Shown here in pieces: positions 1 to 9,603 of a stretch of DNA of 56,228 nt (position 1 is its first letter; every line of letters starts with the position of its first letter). Position numbers and translations under genes: made by a program. The stretch spans positions 1-56,228 of the forward strand of contig CAJWVG010000002.1 in assembly GCA_913048065.1 (NCBI GenBank). The letters run 5' to 3'. The stretch comes from an uncultured Gammaproteobacteria bacterium. Its GTDB lineage: Bacteria > Pseudomonadota > Gammaproteobacteria > GCA-002705445 > GCA-002716945. The notes below the pieces were generated by a model. That model was given only the letters and a program-made list of their open reading frames with translations, made no database searches and was not told the origin of the DNA.

Positions 1-494
1 TAGCCATGAATGCCGGAGCATTTAAACAAGAAATATGGAATCATGTTCATTCTGTTACATTTGTCAATAAAAAAGGTAAAGTAGAGTCTTTGCCAAAGAA
101 GAATTTTGTGACATCTTATCGTAAAGTGGACAAATCTTCCGTAGCAATGTTTATTCAGGTAAACTTAATAATTAATAGAAATATAAAGTTTGATAAAAAT
201 TTACTCAATTCTTATTCTGAAATGAGAGTTAGAACTCAACCTATAAATCAAAACTCATCAGGCTGTATTTTTAGAAATCCAACCAAAGGTTATTCAGCCA
301 GCTTATTGATTGATAAATTAAATATTAAATCAAAAAGAATTGGCGGGGTTTATATATCATCTAAACACTGTAATTATTTTATAAATGATGGTAGCGGTAC
401 TTGTAATGATTTGGAAAATCTAATTAGATATGTAAAAAATAGAATTAAAAAAGAATTTAATATATCTCTGAAAAAAGAGATCTGTATATACTAA
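1..494 (+). CDS. murB: UDP-N-acetylenolpyruvoylglucosamine reductase MurB, C-terminal ~160 aa (5' end outside the window)
   Basis: The frame is open to the window edge. 'MNAGAF..E' and 'SSGCIFRNP' match the MurB C-terminal region. It lies directly upstream of ddl-ftsQ-ftsA. Confidence 0.85.
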   Translation, partial: AMNAGAFKQEIWNHVHSVTFVNKKGKVESLPKKNFVTSYRKVDKSSVAMFIQVNLIINRNIKFDKNLLNSYSEMRVRTQPINQNSSGCIFRNPTKGYSASLLIDKLNIKSKRIGGVYISSKHCNYFINDGSGTCNDLENLIRYVKNRIKKEFNISLKKEICIY

Positions 495-500
495 TCTATA

Positions 501-1514
501 ATGAGCAAAATCACTAAAGATACAATAATAGGCATTTTATATGGTGGGTGGTCAGATGAAAGAGAAATATCTCTTGAGAGCGGCTCATCTGTTTATGATT
601 CACTCAAGGATGCAGGTTATAAAGTTTTTTTATTTGATTTAAAGAACAATAAAGAAGAATTATCAAAATTTATTAGTAAATATTCAATAGAGATTATATT
701 TAATCTTATACATGGAACAGGTGGCGAGGATGGTACTATTCAGTCATGGTTGGATGATCTACAGGTTAAATATGTTGGTTCAAATTCAAAATCTTCAAGA
801 CTTTCCTTTTCAAAAACTAAAACCAAAGAGATATGGATTAGAAGCAAATTAAAGACTCCAGATTTCATTTCGCATGTTGATCTTGAGTCCTGGATACTAG
901 CAGCTATCTCAATGAATAATAAAAGCAAACCATCTGATGATAATTCCTCTTTTAAACAGGAAACTATTAAGAAAATAAATAATTTTCTAGAAAGTTATGA
1001 TAGATATGTTTTGAAACCTGATTGTTCAGGATCTAGCGTCGGTATTAAAATCTTTAACAACCCTAACGAATTAAGCTATCATTGCGAATCTCTAAGTAAA
1101 GATTATCTGGAAAACACTATAAGTCAAAACTTTTTAGAAAAATATATTTCTGGTTCAGAATATACTGCACCTATAATAGGAAATACTGTATTCCCCATAA
1201 TTAAAATTGAAACTAAAAGAGAGTTTTATGATTATCAAGCTAAATATGTTGATGATGATACCAGCTTTACATTTCCAAGTTTTGATTCGAACTTACAGAG
1301 AATAATTAATTCAAAATGTTTAAAAGCTTTTAAATCATTGGGTTGCAAAGGATGGGGCAGGGTTGATTTTTTTATTGATGATGATAATGGAATCTATTTA
1401 ATAGAAGTGAATACTATTCCTGGCATGACAAGTCATAGTCTTGTTCCTATGTCAGCAAAACAAAAAAACTTATCATATCTAGACCTTATTTTATTAATAC
1501 TTAATACAGGATAA
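501..1514 (+). CDS. ddl: D-alanine--D-alanine ligase
   Basis: ATP-grasp Ddl motifs 'GILYGGWSDEREISLESG' and 'GWGRVDFF..YLIEVNTIPGMTSHSL'. 337 aa, with a Ser/Lys-rich insertion near residues 135-165. Confidence 0.93.
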   Translation: MSKITKDTIIGILYGGWSDEREISLESGSSVYDSLKDAGYKVFLFDLKNNKEELSKFISKYSIEIIFNLIHGTGGEDGTIQSWLDDLQVKYVGSNSKSSRLSFSKTKTKEIWIRSKLKTPDFISHVDLESWILAAISMNNKSKPSDDNSSFKQETIKKINNFLESYDRYVLKPDCSGSSVGIKIFNNPNELSYHCESLSKDYLENTISQNFLEKYISGSEYTAPIIGNTVFPIIKIETKREFYDYQAKYVDDDTSFTFPSFDSNLQRIINSKCLKAFKSLGCKGWGRVDFFIDDDNGIYLIEVNTIPGMTSHSLVPMSAKQKNLSYLDLILLILNTG

Positions 1515-2176
1515 TGAAGAGAATATTAATATTTTTTACTTTTTTATTTATAATATTTAGTATTTATAATTATGATATATTTTTTAAATCCAATACTGTT
1601 AAAGAAATTGTGACAGAAGGGAATAGTATTTATTTAGATCAAAAATTACTCAATAAAAATTTATCAGATTTAATTGGAACAGAAATATATTCAATTAATC
1701 TTAGAGAACTTAAGACTCAATTAGAAAGAGATCCTTGGATTAAGAGCGCACAGATTATTATTGACTCACCAAATATTTTAGTTGTGAAGATAATTGAACG
1801 CAAACCTATGTTTCTTTGGAATCGAAAACAATATGTAGATGACGAAGGCATTTTATTCAAGCCAGATGAATTAAATTTAAAAAATATCCTTATAATCGAG
1901 AGTAGCAGTGATAATCATCAATTTATGTACAAATTATATAAAGATTTAAAAATATTATTTAGTAAAATAGATTTGATTATTAATAAGATTAATAAAGATG
2001 ATGATATGCTCATTATTTCAACATCTAAATATAAATTTTCTGTCAGATATTCCATGTATCAAATCAAAATAGAAGAGTTCATAACAGTATATAATCAATT
2101 CATAAACTCCAAAATGACTAAAAAAGGCGTCCAGAATATTGATTTAAGATACCCTACAGGTTTTGCTGTACAGTAA
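1514..2176 (+). CDS. ftsQ: cell division protein FtsQ
   Basis: One N-terminal TM helix followed by a POTRA-like region. Positioned between ddl and ftsA. TAATG overlap with the ddl stop. Confidence 0.8.
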   Translation: MKRILIFFTFLFIIFSIYNYDIFFKSNTVKEIVTEGNSIYLDQKLLNKNLSDLIGTEIYSINLRELKTQLERDPWIKSAQIIIDSPNILVVKIIERKPMFLWNRKQYVDDEGILFKPDELNLKNILIIESSSDNHQFMYKLYKDLKILFSKIDLIINKINKDDDMLIISTSKYKFSVRYSMYQIKIEEFITVYNQFINSKMTKKGVQNIDLRYPTGFAVQ

Positions 2177-2194
2177 ATAATGATATTATAGTGC

Positions 2195-3445
2195 ATGGCA
2201 AATAATTCAGGCAAAGATGAGTTTATAGTTGCTTTAGACATCGGTACAACAAAGGTTTTATGTCTAGTGGCAGATTACGACGATGATGGGCAATTGAGAA
2301 TAGTTGGTGTAGGTCAAGAAAACTGCCAGGGTCTCAATAAAGGGGTTATTTCAGAAATAGACGCAACTGTCAAAAGTATAAGAAAGGCTAAAGATCAAGC
2401 TCGGGCTATGACGAATTGCAAATTCTCTTCCGTAACAACAGGCATAGCTGGGAATCATATACAAAGTTATAATGGTAATGCAGCTGTAAATATCTTAAAT
2501 GATGAGGTTACAGAAGAAGACAAAATCAAAGCGATTCTTAATGCTAGTGATATAAGTATTCCACCTGACCAAGAAATTCTTCATCGAATTCCTCAGTATT
2601 TTACAATTGATGGACAAATGGGAATAAAAGAACCTATTGGTATGGCTGGAAAAAGATTGGAAGTTAATGTTCATGTTATTACATGTTCCACGACGGCAAA
2701 AAAGAACTTAACTAAGTGTATTGAAAATAGTTTTTTGGATGTCGATGAATTCGTCCTCCAGCCTGTTGCTTCTAGTTATTCAGTTTTAACTGAAGAAGAA
2801 AAATCTTTAGGAGTTTGTCTTGTTGATATAGGCGGCGGAACAACTGATATTGCTATTTTTACGGATGGCGATATTAAACATACGGCTGTTGTACCTGTAG
2901 CTGGACAAAATGTAACAAATGACATAAGAATAGGTTTATGTACTTCACTCGAAGCGTCAGAAGAAATAAAAAAGAAGTATGGTAGCCTTGTAAATGATGC
3001 AAATGATTCTGAAATGAAAATCCCTGTGCCTTCAGTTTCTGATAAACCAGACTCTGAAATTGGTAAACCAATCTTAACTCATATAATTACTTGCCGCATA
3101 GATGAAATATTTAAACAAATACAAGATCAGATAAATTCTAGTGGTTGGGCTTCAAAAATCCGTGCGGGTATTGTGTTTACCGGTGGTGGTTCAAAAATAA
3201 TTGGACTTGATGACTATGCTGAAGCTAAATTTTCTATGCCAGCCAGAATTGGAAGTCCAAAATCAATCCCAGGTATAACTAATCTCAATGGCCTCACAAG
3301 ATATTCTACAGCAGTAGGATTATTGTTATACAGAGAGGAGCAGTTAAAAGAAATGCCTCATAGACAAAAAAGTGACAACCCTTTTGTGTCTTATATTTCA
3401 AATCTCTGGGCTAAAATTTCTACATATTTTCAAAAAGAACTTTAA
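2195..3445 (+). CDS. ftsA: cell division protein FtsA
   Basis: Actin-fold motifs 'VALDIGTTKV', 'LVDIGGGTTDIA', 'GIVFTGGGSKI'. C-terminal amphipathic tail 'NLWAKISTYFQKEL'. Confidence 0.95.
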   Translation: MANNSGKDEFIVALDIGTTKVLCLVADYDDDGQLRIVGVGQENCQGLNKGVISEIDATVKSIRKAKDQARAMTNCKFSSVTTGIAGNHIQSYNGNAAVNILNDEVTEEDKIKAILNASDISIPPDQEILHRIPQYFTIDGQMGIKEPIGMAGKRLEVNVHVITCSTTAKKNLTKCIENSFLDVDEFVLQPVASSYSVLTEEEKSLGVCLVDIGGGTTDIAIFTDGDIKHTAVVPVAGQNVTNDIRIGLCTSLEASEEIKKKYGSLVNDANDSEMKIPVPSVSDKPDSEIGKPILTHIITCRIDEIFKQIQDQINSSGWASKIRAGIVFTGGGSKIIGLDDYAEAKFSMPARIGSPKSIPGITNLNGLTRYSTAVGLLLYREEQLKEMPHRQKSDNPFVSYISNLWAKISTYFQKEL

Positions 3446-3562
3446 TAAGTTTTTATTGTCTAAGTATATAGCTTAAATTATTATTCAGGTAAATAAGCTC
3501 CGTAAAGGCTTGAATTTACTTGATATTCATTTAGACTATAATAGTATATTACTTAAATAAAA

Positions 3563-4480
3563 ATGCTTAAACAAAGAACATTATCAAGTAAAATTAAGGC
3601 CTCTGGTGTGGGTCTTCATACAGGTAAGAAAATTAGTCTTACTTTAAAACCAGCTCCAACTAATTCTGGGATTTCTTTCATAAGAACAGATATAAAAGCC
3701 GAACCTATTAGAGCATCTTTAGAAAATGTTTTTGATACGAGATTATCAACAACACTCTCAAATAGTCATGTTAAAATTTCCACCGTTGAACATTTGTTAT
3801 CGGCACTTGCAGGTTTGGGTATTGACAATGCAGATATTGAGTTGGACGGACCTGAAGTGCCAATCATGGATGGAAGTGCAAGACCATTTGTTTTTATGAT
3901 TCAATCTGCTGGTATACAAGAACAGAACGATTCAAAAAAGTTTATCAAAATTAAAAAAACAATAGAAGTTAAAGAAGATGAAAAGTGGGCTAAGATAGAA
4001 CCTTTTGAAGGATTCAAAGTCGCTTTTACAATTGATTTTAATCACCCAGCATTCAATGAATCCACACAATCATCAGAGATTGACTTTTCATCGGTTTCAT
4101 ATTTAAGTCAAGTTAGTCGTGCAAGAACTTTTGGTTTTGCAAAAGATATTGAGCTATTACGCAGGAATAATCTTGCTTTAGGTGGAAGTGTAAATAATGC
4201 TATTGTCATTGATGATTATAAGGTAATCAATGAAGAAGGAGTTAGATTCCAAGATGAATTTGTTAAACATAAGATTTTAGATGCAATTGGTGATTTATAT
4301 CTACTTGGTCACGGATTGATAGGTTCATTTTCGGCCTACAAATCAGGTCATCATCTAAATAATCTACTGTTGAGAGAATTAGTTAATAATCAAGATGCTT
4401 GGGAAGAGGTAACTATAGAAAATAACGATAAAGCACCGATCTTTTATACTACCCCAGAGCCTGTCAGTATTGAATCTTAG
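3563..4480 (+). CDS. lpxC: UDP-3-O-acyl-N-acetylglucosamine deacetylase LpxC
   Basis: 'GVGLHTGK', '[17 protein letters not shown]', '[10 protein letters not shown]'. 305 aa, the same length as E. coli LpxC. Confidence 0.95.
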   Translation: MLKQRTLSSKIKASGVGLHTGKKISLTLKPAPTNSGISFIRTDIKAEPIRASLENVFDTRLSTTLSNSHVKISTVEHLLSALAGLGIDNADIELDGPEVPIMDGSARPFVFMIQSAGIQEQNDSKKFIKIKKTIEVKEDEKWAKIEPFEGFKVAFTIDFNHPAFNESTQSSEIDFSSVSYLSQVSRARTFGFAKDIELLRRNNLALGGSVNNAIVIDDYKVINEEGVRFQDEFVKHKILDAIGDLYLLGHGLIGSFSAYKSGHHLNNLLLRELVNNQDAWEEVTIENNDKAPIFYTTPEPVSIES

Positions 4481-4746
4481 TCACTGAGAGTAATTTTAAT
4501 ATCTAAGATTTTACAAATCTTATTGTTGTCCAACAAGTTTAAGTATTTTTGCTTTTCAAATCTCATTAATGTGGCTATAGAACTATTTTTACAACTAATT
4601 ATCAAGATATTATCTTTAACTGTGCTGACATCTATCATATCAAGAATATCTTTTGGGAAAACCTCATAAATATAAGAACTTAACTCTTTGATTAAGTCAT
4701 TCTTATTGATAACATGCACAGGTATGAATGATGATATTTTTTTCAT
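4477..4746 (-). CDS. DUF721 (DciA-like) small protein
   Basis: 89 aa. The C-terminal pattern '[28 protein letters not shown]...ILDIKITL' fits the DUF721 profile as I remember it. Pseudomonads have a hypothetical gene in the same lpxC/secA inter-gene position. The 4-nt convergent overlap with lpxC is seen directly. Confidence 0.5.
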   Translation of the reverse strand: MKKISSFIPVHVINKNDLIKELSSYIYEVFPKDILDMIDVSTVKDNILIISCKNSSIATLMRFEKQKYLNLLDNNKICKILDIKITLSD

Positions 4747-4749
4747 AAC

Positions 4750-4780
4750 TATTATACTTAATTGTACGATATTATACTTA
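4750..4780. repeat. 11-bp direct repeat TATTATACTTA (4750-4760 and 4770-4780) in the DUF721/secA divergent region
   Basis: Read directly from the sequence. Each copy contains TATACT on the + strand and TATAAT on the - strand. Confidence 0.6.
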
Positions 4781-4799
4781 TTTTATGCAACTTATATGA

Positions 4800-7424
4800 A
4801 TGATAATGATACCCGATTTAATTAAAAATATATTTGGAACTAGAAATGGCAGAATTCTGAAGGAGTATCAAATACTCGTTAAGAAGATTAATTCGCTCGA
4901 AAGTAAATATCAGAAATATGATGAAGCTGATTTTATTAATGAAACAGAATTATTAAAAGGAAAGTACAAAAAATCTAATGATTTACTAACAATTCTGCCT
5001 GAAGCATTTGCGATTACTCGTGAGGCTTCTGTAAGAACATTAGGTTTAAGACATTTTGATGAGCAGCTATTAGGCGGCATAGCTTTACACTATGGCAAAA
5101 TAGCCGAGATGAAGACTGGAGAAGGAAAGACTCTTGTGTCAACTTTACCCGCATACTTAAACTCTCTTACTGGAGAGTCCGTATATATAGTTACAGTAAA
5201 TGATTATTTGGCTCAGAGAGATGCAGAATGGATGGGCCAGATTTTTAAATTTCTTGGTTTATCTGTAGGAACTGTAACTAGTTTTTTGACTCCAGAAGAA
5301 AAGAAAAAAACTTATAAAAATAATATTATATATGGAACAAACAATGAATTTGGTTTTGATTATCTAAGAGATAATATGGTCTATGATAGTACTCAAAAAG
5401 TACAAACAAAATTAAACTATGCGATAATAGACGAGGTAGATTCAGTATTAATTGATGAAGCAAGGACGCCTCTTGTTATATCTGGTTCTGCTACTGAATC
5501 CAGCAGTCTATATCTTAAAATAAATAAAGCTACTCAATTACTCATTATTAACAATAAAGATCAGGAAATCTATTCTATAGATGAGAAACAAAAATCTGTT
5601 TCATTAACGGAAAGCGGACATAGTGAAGTTGAACATATATTGGTAAACAATAAACTTATATCTAAAAATGAAAGTTTATATGATCCAAAGAATATCCAAT
5701 TACTGCATCTAATTGATGCCAGTTTAAAAGCAAACCTTTTATACAAGAAAGATATAGATTACGTCGTTGAAAATAATGCTATAGTTATTATTGACGAGTT
5801 CTCTGGAAGAAAAATGTCTGGAAGAAGATGGTCTGAAGGTTTACATCAATCTATTGAAGCTAAAGAAAATGTAAAGATTCAAAATGAGAATCAAACTTAT
5901 GCTTCCATAACTTTCCAAAATTATTTTAGATTATTTAATAAATTATCAGGCATGACTGGAACAGCTGATACTGAAGCTACAGAATTTCAGCAAATATATG
6001 GTCTAGAGGTCGTAGTCATTCCTCCACATAAGAAAATGATTAGGAAAGATCATGTAGATTCCGTTTATTTAACTACGAATGAGAAGTTTAATTCAATTGT
6101 GACTGAGGTCCAGAAAATACATAACACTAATCAACCAGTGCTTATTGGTACAACTTCAATAGAGGCTTCAGAACATTTATCAAAACTTTTGAAAAAGGTA
6201 AACATTAAACATTCAGTTTTAAACGCAAAACAACATCAGAAAGAGGCGGAGATAATAGCTCAAGCAGGTAAGCTTGGATCGGTTACAATTGCGACGAATA
6301 TGGCTGGAAGAGGAACAGATATTGTTTTAGGTGGCAAAAGCATTGATATGATGGATAATGCTAGTTCTTCACAAATTACTACTGATAATCCTGATGAAGT
6401 CAAAGCTCTTGGAGGATTATATATCATTGGCACAGAAAGACATGAATCTAGAAGAGTCGATAATCAGCTTAGAGGTAGATCTGGGAGGCAGGGTGATCCG
6501 GGTGAATCTAGATTTTATCTATCACTAGAAGATAATTTAATGAGAATTTTTGCATCTGATAAAGTCAGTGACATAATGAAAAAACTTGGTATGCAAGAGG
6601 GCGAGGCAATAGAGCATAAGTGGGTGTCTAAATCTATTGAAAATGCGCAAAAAAGAGTTGAGTCGTATAATTTTGATGTCAGGAAAACACTACTCGAATA
6701 TGATGACATTGCAAATGAGCAAAGGAAGGTTATTTATAATCAACGTAATGATATTCTAGAATCTGATGACCTAGATTTGATATATAAGAATATTTTAAAA
6801 TTTACATGCGATGATCTAATTACAAGCTATATTCCTATTGATCTCCCCACCTCTCAATGGAATTTAAAGAATATCGACGAAGGTATTAAAAAAGATTTTT
6901 TAATCGATTTAGATTGTGAAAAAGCAATTACAGAAAGTAGTAGCAATGTGAGAGAAGAAATATATGATTATGTTCAAAAAAATATTAATGACTATATAAC
7001 AACAAATTTAAGTATCTTAAATAATGACGATAAAAACGAACTAATGAGAAATATATTCCTCAGTGTTATTGATGAAGATTGGAGGAACCACCTTAATTCG
7101 ATGGATTATTTGAGACAAGGGATAGGCTTAAGAAGCTATGCTCAAAAGAATCCTAAAAATGAATATAAAAGAGAATCATTTGAGATGTTTGAAGAGATGT
7201 TGGGGATAAATAATTTTGAAATTATTAAAATATTGAGTAGGATAAAGATTAATGATCCCGGGATATCTGATATTGTTAAAAAAGACGATAGCTCTAAAAA
7301 TAATGAACTAAAGAAGTCAGATGATCCCAGGTGTTTGTTAAATAATGCTGATGCTAATGTTCCTAGGAATAAAAAATGTCCGGTAACTGATAAAAAATTC
7401 AAACAGTGCTGTGGAAGATTATGA
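4800..7424 (+). CDS. secA: preprotein translocase ATPase SecA
   Basis: 'MKTGEGKTLV' Walker A, 'DEVDSVLIDEARTPLVISG', 'TNMAGRGTDI'. C-terminal Cys-rich tail 'CPVTDKKFKQCCGRL'. The start could also be ATG 4806. Confidence 0.97.
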   Translation: MIMIPDLIKNIFGTRNGRILKEYQILVKKINSLESKYQKYDEADFINETELLKGKYKKSNDLLTILPEAFAITREASVRTLGLRHFDEQLLGGIALHYGKIAEMKTGEGKTLVSTLPAYLNSLTGESVYIVTVNDYLAQRDAEWMGQIFKFLGLSVGTVTSFLTPEEKKKTYKNNIIYGTNNEFGFDYLRDNMVYDSTQKVQTKLNYAIIDEVDSVLIDEARTPLVISGSATESSSLYLKINKATQLLIINNKDQEIYSIDEKQKSVSLTESGHSEVEHILVNNKLISKNESLYDPKNIQLLHLIDASLKANLLYKKDIDYVVENNAIVIIDEFSGRKMSGRRWSEGLHQSIEAKENVKIQNENQTYASITFQNYFRLFNKLSGMTGTADTEATEFQQIYGLEVVVIPPHKKMIRKDHVDSVYLTTNEKFNSIVTEVQKIHNTNQPVLIGTTSIEASEHLSKLLKKVNIKHSVLNAKQHQKEAEIIAQAGKLGSVTIATNMAGRGTDIVLGGKSIDMMDNASSSQITTDNPDEVKALGGLYIIGTERHESRRVDNQLRGRSGRQGDPGESRFYLSLEDNLMRIFASDKVSDIMKKLGMQEGEAIEHKWVSKSIENAQKRVESYNFDVRKTLLEYDDIANEQRKVIYNQRNDILESDDLDLIYKNILKFTCDDLITSYIPIDLPTSQWNLKNIDEGIKKDFLIDLDCEKAITESSSNVREEIYDYVQKNINDYITTNLSILNNDDKNELMRNIFLSVIDEDWRNHLNSMDYLRQGIGLRSYAQKNPKNEYKRESFEMFEEMLGINNFEIIKILSRIKINDPGISDIVKKDDSSKNNELKKSDDPRCLLNNADANVPRNKKCPVTDKKFKQCCGRL

Positions 7425-8596
7425 GCAATAAGATAGAAATTGAAACTTTAAATATAGGCATCAAAAATGGCAGAAACGATGCTGTATGCATAAATATTCC
7501 TGATGACGCAACAACTGCTTTGGTCTCTACAAAAAATAAATATGCAGCTGCACCAGTTATTCTCAATAAAATAAATATCACTAAAAATAATCCCAAATAC
7601 CTATTTATCAATTCTGGTAATGCTAATGCATGCACAGGTAAAACTGGAATGAGAAATACAATAGAATGCACTATGCTTCTTGCCAAAAAGCTTAACTGTC
7701 AAAAAGAGAAAATCTTAATGTTTTCTACAGGAATTATTGGCAGACAACTTCCAATGAAATTAATATCAAAAAAAATTATTAATCATAGTTTTAAATTTAA
7801 TTCATCATGGATCTCTGCATCAAAGTCAATCATGACCACAGATGCTTTTAATAAATATTTAAATAAAACCATTATGCTTGGTAAGAAAAAAATATCTATT
7901 AAAGGAATGTGCAAAGGTGCTGGTATGATTGAGCCAAATATGGCAACAATGTTGGCTTTTATATCAATTGATCTACATCTGAACAAGACTCTACTATCAC
8001 AGCTACTCAAAAAAGCCGTTGACAGTTCCTTTAACTGCATATCAGTTGATGGAGATATGTCTACAAATGATAGCGTTGCCATCATTGCTACAGGTGAAAA
8101 TAAAGATCTAAATTTAAAAAATAAACCACAAATGTTATCCAAAATAGAAAACGAATTGATACAGTTTTGTCAGTCATTGGCTAAAATGATTGTCAAGGAT
8201 GGCGAGGGAGCCACTAAAATTATAACGATCACCATTCATCAAGCAAGTAAAAAATCTGACGCAAAAAGAATATGTTATGCAATAGCCAACTCTAATTTAT
8301 TTAAAACAGCAATGTTTGGTGCAGACCCAAATTGGGGAAGAATTATCGCTAAATTAGGATCATTAGACAACATTGATTATGATGCCGGTAAAGTCATTCT
8401 AAAAATTAATCAAATACTTGTTTTTGAAAAAGGTATACCTGCAAAGAATTCTAATCTTAATAAACTAAATGCTAGTATGAAACAAAAAGAGATAGCCATA
8501 GACCTATATCTTAGAAATGGTAAGGCAATACACAGCATAATGACATCTGATTTAACTAAAAAATATATACACATCAATTCAACTTATACAACTTGA
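7421..8596 (+). CDS. argJ: bifunctional ornithine acetyltransferase / N-acetylglutamate synthase ArgJ
   Basis: 'GMCKGAGMIEPNMATMLAFI' (autoprocessing ..ATML site) and 'VDGDMSTNDS'. ATG 7421 forms an ATGA overlap with the secA stop. The ORF-track start at 7406 lies inside secA. Confidence 0.92.
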   Translation: MSNKIEIETLNIGIKNGRNDAVCINIPDDATTALVSTKNKYAAAPVILNKINITKNNPKYLFINSGNANACTGKTGMRNTIECTMLLAKKLNCQKEKILMFSTGIIGRQLPMKLISKKIINHSFKFNSSWISASKSIMTTDAFNKYLNKTIMLGKKKISIKGMCKGAGMIEPNMATMLAFISIDLHLNKTLLSQLLKKAVDSSFNCISVDGDMSTNDSVAIIATGENKDLNLKNKPQMLSKIENELIQFCQSLAKMIVKDGEGATKIITITIHQASKKSDAKRICYAIANSNLFKTAMFGADPNWGRIIAKLGSLDNIDYDAGKVILKINQILVFEKGIPAKNSNLNKLNASMKQKEIAIDLYLRNGKAIHSIMTSDLTKKYIHINSTYTT

Positions 8597-8598
8597 AA

Positions 8599-9588
8599 AT
8601 GATTGAATTGATAAAATGCTCTGTAGGTCTTGTATATAACCAAAGCTCTATCATGTCAGAAAAAAATGAATTGGTTTTCCTCAAAAGAGATAAATTTCCT
8701 TATAAAGATGTTTATGAACTTCCTGGAGGTAAATTAGAAAATGGCGAATCACCACAAGATGCATTGATTAGAGAATTGTATGAGGAAATTGGAGTAGAAC
8801 AATCACAGATTATTTCTATTCAAAAACATCCTGCTTTTATTCATCACTATGACAACTTCCAAGTTCGTTTATATGTCTTTACTGTAAAAATTTCTGATGA
8901 TAGTGTAATTAGCTCAAAAGAAAATAAAGACTTGAAATATTTGAATCCTCTATACCATAATGAAAAACACTTGGAATCAACATATAGAATTTTTCGCCTT
9001 CTAAATTTAAATAAGAAAATATGTATAATTAATAGTAAAGATAAAGAAAGAATACAAGAACAAATTAATCCAGAACAGTATAAAAAAAAGACTATAAGAA
9101 TAAGAAATGATAGTTTAGATATAAATCTATATATTGACTCATTAATAAATTATAATAAAAAAATAAAGAATCTAAAAAAAAATTATAAAAATAATCTAAT
9201 AATTGATATACCAGATCTCCATTATTCTCTTCCTTATAAAAAATTAGATCAATTCCATGGAGTTCATTATAATTCTAGAATCTTACATCATCTCACAAAA
9301 GATAGAATGTACATAAGAAGCAATCATTTACAAACCATTTCTGCATCATGTCATAATGCTAATGATATCGAGAAAGCTAATAAGTTAAATCTAGACTTTA
9401 TTTTTTTATCTCCAGTCTTATATAAAAAAGATTCAAGAAAAACACTTACTTGGAAATCTTTTAAAAAACTTACAAAAATAGCGCACATGCCTGTTTTTGC
9501 ATTAGGTGGTTTGAAAGATAATAATGAGTATATGTCTATGTCTAATAAATATGGAGGCTATGGCATATCTGGGATTCGATATTTTTAA
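8599..9588 (+). CDS. Nudix (MutT-like) hydrolase fused to a TenI/ThiE-like domain
   Basis: Nudix box 'GGKLENGESPQDALIRELYEEIGV'. C-terminal 'LDFIFLSPVL...VFALGGL' resembles the thiamine-phosphate-synthase/TenI fold. It occupies the same post-secA/argJ position as mutT-like genes in Pseudomonas. The ORF-track TTG at 8593 is a less likely start than ATG 8599. Confidence 0.8.
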   Translation: MIELIKCSVGLVYNQSSIMSEKNELVFLKRDKFPYKDVYELPGGKLENGESPQDALIRELYEEIGVEQSQIISIQKHPAFIHHYDNFQVRLYVFTVKISDDSVISSKENKDLKYLNPLYHNEKHLESTYRIFRLLNLNKKICIINSKDKERIQEQINPEQYKKKTIRIRNDSLDINLYIDSLINYNKKIKNLKKNYKNNLIIDIPDLHYSLPYKKLDQFHGVHYNSRILHHLTKDRMYIRSNHLQTISASCHNANDIEKANKLNLDFIFLSPVLYKKDSRKTLTWKSFKKLTKIAHMPVFALGGLKDNNEYMSMSNKYGGYGISGIRYF

Positions 9589-9603
9589 TTATTGAGTAAA
9601 TAT

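Noticed and set aside
3510-3542. TTGAAT ... TATAAT pair upstream of lpxC as a sigma-70 promoter
   Set aside because: The spacing between these two hexamers is 21 nt, which is too long. Alternative -35 choices (TTTACT with a 16-nt spacer) are weak. Promoter calls in this AT-rich background are not reliable enough to list as a feature.
7399-7686. 95-aa ORF on the minus strand overlapping the secA end and the argJ start
   Set aside because: It is entirely antisense to strongly supported genes. Its hydrophobic, low-complexity translation is typical of shadow frames in AT-rich DNA, and it has no start context.
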